Assembly (NCBI GenBank): GCA_032718475.1
Contig: JAUCBJ010003386.1
Span: 1-43,175, forward strand
DNA from: Nemertoderma westbladi
Taxonomy: Eukaryota; Animalia; Xenacoelomorpha
DNA length: 43,175 bases
Reading direction: 5' to 3'
Under the pieces are notes generated by a model that was not told where the DNA came from, did no database searches, and saw nothing but the letters and a program-made list of their open reading frames with translations. This document shows positions 36,201 through 43,175 of the stretch, one piece after another (the first letter of the stretch is position 1; every line of letters begins with the position of its first letter). A program made the position numbers and the translations under genes.

Positions 36201-37129
36201 AGTAAATAATAGCATTGTTGTTGCAAGTGGCAAGCCCTGGGTGATTTAATAATAAAATGGGTTTTGTAAGTGTTTTATTCCATCAATAGGCCCAATAAAA
36301 TAATTAATTTTTTTTTTAATTATTTAATTATTTTCTAATCCCCCCCCCCCCCCCCCACCCTCGGTATGCCTCTGTTAAGCATACATAGTATGAAATACAG
36401 ACACAGGGTGTATAATGACAAAGTATGAATGAATCGAGCTAATACTGTAGTTTCAGATTCGCAGGTAGAATTTAATGTGACGTCAACATATGATCAGATG
36501 CTGAGATGATGGTAGTCATAAATCGAGTATATTTTTCTTCCCGGAAGAGTTATTCTCACCAAGCTTGGAAAGAGATGTTGGCAGAAACGCAACCACACTA
36601 TCTACTGTATTACGGTAAATAATCGCCCTTTGCGCAATTTATCAAAGGCATCATTAACTGATATCAACCATAACCTGCCTGCCTGATCACAATCATATAG
36701 TAATGTTTAGATTGAATAAGCGCGATGCATCCGTCCAGGCGAAATATATATGATGTTCCTAATGGGAATTCCACAGAGGATCGAGTGCATCAATGATCTA
36801 ATTTATACTGAAGGTACCTGTAGAGTGTAGACTACTGGACTATGCCTATAGGTATTTCAGCAATAACTATTGCGTTTTGGATTACAATTAATTACATCCA
36901 TACAGACAAACAGGCATACAAACAGACAACAACCCAAACCGCAATGATAATTACCTTTGCAGGCATTTCATATATGTGCCGTATGTTTTTGTCTGTTTTT
37001 GTGTGTTTTTGTATGTTTTTGTGTGTTTTTGTGTGTTTTTGTGAGTTTTTGTGTGTTTTTGTGTGTTTTTGTGTGTTTTTGTGAGTTTTTGTGTGTTTTT
37101 GTGTGTTTTTGGTGTAAATAGACGTCCCC
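33231..37129. mobile_element. Large foldback structure, about 650-bp arms with Mutator/Foldback-like termini
   Basis: GGGGACGTCTATTTACACC(AAAAACACAC)n at 33231 mirrored at 37129. 33231-33472 pairs with about 36867-37129 and 33524-33887 with about 36470-36840. No TSD found. Confidence 0.8.
33888..35775. repeat. About 1.9-kb A/C-only array (AAAACACACA/AAAACAAACA decamers grading into (AAAC)n)
   Basis: Direct inspection; G and T are nearly absent on the + strand. Confidence 0.97.
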
Positions 37130-37147
37130 GAAAAAAGCCATAACATG

Positions 37148-38049
37148 CAGTCAGGAACACTGGTCACAATATGTCCAATTTACAGCCAGAATGTGTCCGC
37201 GGAAAAGGGTCCTACGAATTACCCCAAAATACCCCAAAACACCCCAAAATACCCCAAAATACTCAAAAATACCCTAAAATATTCAAAAATTACCCCAAAA
37301 TACCCCAAAAAGGCTAAAAAATTACCCCAAAATACCCCAAAATAAGCTAACAATGTTTTTTAACAGCGAGGGAAAGGAGCAGGTTACAGTGGCAAGTTTT
37401 TTTAACCAAAACAATAAACGAGAGTGAAGAAAAATTTTTTAATTATTTTGGGGTAATTCGTCATTATTTTGGGGTAATTCGTCATTTTGCCATATTTTGG
37501 GGTAAATTAAATTTCCAAAACAAAGGCTCAAAAAAAAGTATTTTGGGGTAATTCTAAACTATTTTGGGGTATTTTGGGGTAATTATAAACTATTTTGGGG
37601 TATTTTGGGGTAGTTTTATACTATTTTGGGGTCTTTTGGGGTATTTTGGGGTGTTTTGGGGTATTTTGGGGTAATTCGTAGGACCGGCGGAAAACGCTCT
37701 CAGAGTGAAATTTCTCCATAGAAAACAATGCTAAATTTCATTTGAAAACCGGCAGTGAAATTTTAACATTGGCATTCTAAAAATTATGCCATTAGAATCG
37801 TCATAAAATTCTGTATAAATTAATTTGAGAATTAGAATCTCATCGTTGGGATAACTATCATAATATTAAAAATAAAAATGTGCCCAGCTTCTGCTTTGAG
37901 TACTATTGGAGTTACAGCCAAAATATGTCCGGAAATATAATCGCAGCCTGTGAAGGACAAATAGTGGCTGCACGGACACTTTCTGGCTGTAAATATGTGG
38001 ACAATTTCTGGCTGAGCTTCAGCCAGAAAGTGACCAGTGTTCCTAACTG
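37148..38049. mobile_element. TIR element with apparent 5-bp TSD (unclassified)
   Basis: CAGTCAGGAACACTGGTCAC ... GTGACCAGTGTTCCTAACTG, flanked by ACATG on both sides (37143-37147, 38050-38054). Confidence 0.75.
37207..37686 (+). mobile_element. Mutator/Foldback-like MITE, copy 2 (nested)
   Basis: Reverse complement of 30471-30931; TSD GCGGAAAA (37199-37206, 37687-37694). Confidence 0.9.
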
Positions 38050-38816
38050 ACATGCATAAACTCATGAGTTTCAATCATGCTGCTCGAAGCGGAAAATCCA
38101 GAAATCACCCGAATTTAAAAATAATTTTTTTCTATGAAGTTACACATACAGACATAGGTCTAGGTTTTAGAGAGTGTATGTGTGAAATTTGAGACAAAGC
38201 GGTGAATCGGTCCAAAAATAGCCACTGCAGCACCGGGGGGAACAGGGGAAAGTGTTTGTCACTGTCTGACGGTGCCTCGCTCAAACAGTCAAATGTGATA
38301 GAACCAGGATGGACTGATGGAGGCCCCCAAACCTGCAAACTGCAAACAGGAATGAGCCAAAACCACTTATTCCCCAAAAATACCAATAATCTGATAATAA
38401 TCAGATATGGCAGTATGGCAGTATGGTACCGGTAGTTACTAGTTAGGTAGGTCTAGGCCCACAGTCGGGGAGAAGTTCAAATTTCAACTGAGTTGAAATT
38501 TAAAACTTTTTTTTTTAATTCAACTTTTAAGTTGTAAATTCAACTCTAAAATGGCAGGAGGCCCAGAAGGGCCCCAAGACGTTACAGAAGGGGGGGGGGG
38601 GGGTGTTTTTAATGTTTTTATGGGTGTATCTCGAAAAATCAACCCTCCATTACCGATGGAATAAAAACTTTCACCGTCGGGATTACATTTTTTAAAAACA
38701 TTTTAAGTGATTACATTTGCAAATTAGCTGAAATACTACAGGAATTTATTAGATGTATTAAATTACTACCGCTAGGCCTATACAGCTATGTGTCATAATT
38801 ATTATACAATGGAATT

Positions 38817-38915
38817 AGGGATCGACCGAATTATTCGGTTCGGTACCGAATTTTGCCGAATATGGCATATTCGGTTCCGGCCGAATTTTAAAATTTGAGT
38901 TGACGAATATTCGGC
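38817..38915 (+). mobile_element. Single hAT-like terminus fragment
   Basis: TAGGGATCGACCGAATTATTCGG followed by clustered CCGAAT/ATTCGG subterminal motifs; no partner end seen. Confidence 0.5.
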
Positions 38916-40364
38916 ACAAATTGCAAATTACTACTGTAGAAGCAATATCAGAACATCTGAACATAGCTGCATGCATAGGCCTAGCTCAGTAGCTGTAAGA
39001 AATTTAACAGGTGAGGGTGTCGTTAGTTGTTAGTTCTAAAGTACTGTACTTTTTAGTTCCAAACCGGATACGTCAGTACGTCATTAGTTCCAATGTGGGC
39101 GTCAATAGTTTTAACAGTTTTAGTTCCAATGGAATAGTCTCTTAGTTCTCTTCACCGTAATCGCGTCATTGGTTCCAATGGAATACAGTCCCGCTCTCAA
39201 AAAGCATTCCTTTGATCAAACATTGATCAAGGTTTGATCAAAATGTATCATAGAGTAGCATTGAAAGTAGCATTGACATTGAAATGACATTGATGGCATA
39301 TTGAAATGACCTAGAAATCGACGGACCGAAATTCCAGACTTTCTGTCTCATATGGAAATGACATTGAAATGATTTCAAGGTAACAGTTTACATCTCTCTT
39401 CTGCGATAAGCCTTTGTACTCCAGATTCCTGCTGAGAGCTGAGGCTTTGTTAATGGTCAAGCCGCGATGTGATTGACAGGGCGGCGGATGGAGCTTGCTT
39501 GACTTTGTGTCCCAGACTGAGTTTTGTTCTTGTAGGGCAGGGCCTATTATTACACCAACAACTAGTTCAGAAAAACAGCTTTTGGAATATTTTTAAATTA
39601 TTATTTATTATAAATTAGTAGTTAAATAAATTTTAATACTCTGCTGATAAGGTATTTTTATTGAAAATTAACTTAATTTCTTTTAAAGTAAACTATGTAT
39701 AGCATTAGTCACCGACACATCATTAGATTTTAAATCAGTTTAACGTATTGTAATCATAATTCTTTAAATATTGACAATCAAATTGGGTTATTAATACTTA
39801 TTCTGCTCATTCATTTTTAATTAATGGAGGGTTTTAACCATCCGGCCGACAAGACAAACCACACTGTTGCTCACAGGTCGTTGTAAGACAATACATTCAA
39901 TATTACCACAGTTGTTATTCCATCCCCTCTCTTGTCAGCTTGTTGTGGACTATTACTATATGGCAGTGATTTTTTATGTCCTTTTATTTGACTTTTTTGT
40001 CCTCCTTTTTTTTACGAATTGTGCATAATGACTTTTGTTGTCCCTTTAATGACTTTTGTTGTCCTTTTAATGACTTTTTATGTATGTATTTCTTCAAAGT
40101 GCCAGACTGCTGATTTCTGGACTGTCAGACAGTTGATTTCAACATGCCTATGCCAAAACATTCAAAATTTGTTGATTTCTGGTCTGTCGGACAGTTCGTT
40201 TCACTATGCCTGTGCCAAAACATTCAAAATTCCATGATTTATAGACTATGAGCTAGATTTCCATATGCGCCTGTGGTAAAACACTCTAAATTTAATAGTT
40301 TGTGGTTGTTTTCGATAATCGATTACCACACAACGTAGAAAAACACTCATTTTATAGCCAAAAA

Positions 40365-40565
40365 ACAATTACCAATTGATGGAAAGGAGCAGGTTAAGGC
40401 CGGATTTTCTAACCAAAACAATAAACAATCCCTTTACCAAATGAAGGAAAGGAGCAGGTTACATAGAGGGTATTTTCTAACCAAAACAATAAACGATAAC
40501 ATTACCAATTGAGAGAAAGGAGCAGGTTACAGAGGCGGGATTTCCTAACCAAAACAATAAACGAA
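40365..40565 (+). repeat. Three-copy tandem repeat, about 65 bp
   Basis: GAAAGGAGCAGGTTA...TAACCAAAACAATAAAC three times. Confidence 0.85.
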
Positions 40566-41439
40566 AAATTTTAGCTGATTTCGTTGATACGTTCTCTAGA
40601 TATCGCTGTTTGAAATTTGACCTATTTGCAAAAATCTATAAAGCACATTATTTGGGATGGGGTATTAAATGTGTCTGATTATTAGTTTTGAATTAATTGT
40701 GCTCGATTCTAACCATTGGAGACATGAATGTCAATATTTTTGTAACTAAATTCGTAAACTATTGATCTGAAGGTGGCAATGGGTGTTAAAATTCCTCCGA
40801 AAATTTGACATTTTTGAAAAATACCAATTTTGTAATGTGTTGTTCATTTTTCTGATAATTGGTTTACCTGTTATTTAAGTTTCCCTAACCTAATGCTAAA
40901 AACTGCTACATTGAAAGCTTTGGTGGTGCAATCTGATTAATTCTATGTTCATGGGCTTTTATACCTGACATAATTGAATCAATATTAAAACAATAAAATA
41001 GGACATGGGGTCTATTTTATTGTTTTAATATTAATATTACAATCCCTCTAAAGTCGTGGTTGTCAACATCATATAATAATTGAATCAGGCAGTCAGGTAC
41101 AGTTTGGTATGTTCATTAATGCATTTATTTTTCTTTATTGTATTTAATTGATTATTGTAAGATATATAAGCATACAGTATAACCTAATCCTATTTACTAA
41201 AGTTTCTTCATACAGTAGTTTTAAATTTAACTCATGTTTTTCATGAAGTTCGGGATATAACCCTAAATTTTGATTATAGTGGCCCTTCGCGTGATATAAT
41301 AAAAACCTCCACCGGTACCTATATACAGTATATATACATAATTTTGTTATGTCACCACACCATATCTGACTTTAAATTTTTGGTAAATAATTAGGGCTGG
41401 TTCATAATGTGGTTGCATAGATACAGCAATTAAAAACTA

Positions 41440-41490
41440 GGAAGGGGCCGATTCCCCCCCCCCCCCCCCCCCCAGTGATAATAGGGTTAA
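41440..41490. mobile_element. piggyBac-like terminus fragment
   Basis: GGGGCCGATT(C)n..AATAGGG|TTAA; the matching end was not found. Confidence 0.4.
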
Positions 41491-41648
41491 GGCTGAGCCC
41501 TGAGCAATGTACTCCATAGGCAAATTACTGTAATAGCACAAACAACATCGTACTCCTAACAGAACCGGAATGTATCAAAATTCGAAATCATCTGTTATAT
41601 TAAAACAGTGTAAATAATCTAATTGGTATTAAATCTACTGTAAACAAA

Positions 41649-42224
41649 GGATAGTACTGTACTAGATTGCGACAACAGTCGAAAACAGTTGAAAACAGGC
41701 GAAAACAAGCGTAAACAGTTGGAATGTAGGGAAAACAGACGAAAACAGTTAGATCGTTTAAAAATAATCATCCATGCATCCAGGTGAAAATAGATATTGA
41801 AGTTAAAGTATTGATTTAGATATTGAAGTTAAAGTATTGATTTAGTGGCATTTAATGATGCCCAACCGGTATACCCAACCGGTAGCGACATTATAAATTT
41901 AGTTATACAGTATACTATAGTATACCCAACCGGAAGAGGAGGACAGTAACTACAACAGGTAGGTACCGGTACGGCAGTGCGGCGGGCACTGATATGAGCA
42001 GTGTTATTGTACATGGGTACGTCATCTTAAGTTAGCGACATTATAAATGCCACTAAATTTTAAATCTATTATTACACCAAGTTAACTTCAGTATCTATTT
42101 TCACCTGGATGCATGGATGATTATTTTTAAACGATCAAACTGTCTTCGACTGTTTTCCCTAAATTCCAACTGTTTTCGCTTGTTTTCGCCTGTTTTCGAC
42201 TGTTGTCACAATCTAGTACTATCC
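41649..42224. mobile_element. Mutator-like MITE with about 150-bp TIRs
   Basis: GGATAGTAC..GTACTATCC; arms 41649-41805 and about 42082-42224 with 10-bp GAAAACAGnn repeats; flanks (G)TAAACAAA / (A)TAAACAAA. Confidence 0.85.
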
Positions 42225-43175
42225 ATAAACAAAGGTGAAAAATATACTGTAGCATAGTAATATATAGAGATATATATGTAGATATATAATGAACGATAAA
42301 TGAACGATTATTAAGAATATTTAAATAATGATGCACAATAATGTAGTAGGCGTGCCAAATATAATTAAAAATATCCCTTCGAATTTGTTACAATCAAGAC
42401 CGGTCTCCCTAGCAAAAATGCCCCCCCCCCCCCCCATGTACATGACAAAATTTTAAGTGTACAACGCAAAGTGTAAGGTACGGGTCATTTATGTTCGGTT
42501 TAATTACAAGCAAATGAGTCACATATCAATTATCATTAATATTCTATTTTGTACTGTATTTCGTTTGTGCGTAATACATTGCATACAAATTGGTTTTAGA
42601 ATTAAAGGGAATCGCCGCAACAATATAGCCAATGGCAGGTTTGCTACAAAATGCACTTGAACGCCATTGGAGGATTTATTTCTACAACACCAATAAATAA
42701 TGAATTCAACAAACTGATGGCATTACTAATTGTTATAGGCACTTTAGTTTCTCCCATTTCTATTTAGTAGCGATTTGGGTGGCTGAATGTTACAATTCTA
42801 AAAAACGAAGACGGTTTTATGGCTGGCCGTCTTTTATTACTGTAGGCCTACTGTATATTAATTTTGGTTGCATCAACAAAGTCACTACACAACACTACTG
42901 TAGTGTACACTTTCTGTGTATACAGTATTATATGGTAATAGAAATGATAGTAGGCCTACTGTATTTTTCACGTCTACGGTACATAACAGTATAGTTGTTA
43001 TTTACGATAGAAACACAATAGACCCATCTATTAGTAAAAGTAGGCCCTATTGGTAAACTCAATAAACGGTAATACAGTATAATAAATAGCAGTATGTTTC
43101 AAGCCTACAGTACTGTATGTTGCTGATTTGTTATGAGGTACTGTATTTCATGTCTGGTAATAATGGCAGTATATT

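Overview
Eukaryotic (probably invertebrate animal) genomic DNA: AT-rich, transposon-saturated intergenic sequence with a few GC-richer coding islands. One gene is firmly recognisable, a two-exon eIF3d (5959-6486 + 7688-8830, 556 aa). Other coding candidates: a decaying DEDDy 3'-5' exonuclease-like reading frame at the left edge, an intronless 255-aa ORF that looks like two tandem PH-like modules, a 93-aa single-pass membrane ORF, an intronless 548-aa ORF that reads like two degenerate P-loop GTPase folds with LIR-like motifs, and a broken LINE reverse-transcriptase fragment. The rest is mostly non-autonomous DNA transposons. Several can be delimited by TIR plus target-site duplication (Mutator-like, hAT-like, pogo/Tc1-like, Kolobok-like), often nested, along with a tRNA-derived SINE with a 13-bp TSD, large palindromes/foldbacks and a 1.9-kb A/C array. 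The most striking pattern is the very frequent TA-CTG/CAG-TA and TA-CCG/CGG-TA words. Four internal comparisons point to 5-bp insertions at TA, as expected for transposon excision scars. No CRISPR, rRNA or intact tRNA seen. All family and fold assignments are by eye; no database search was run.
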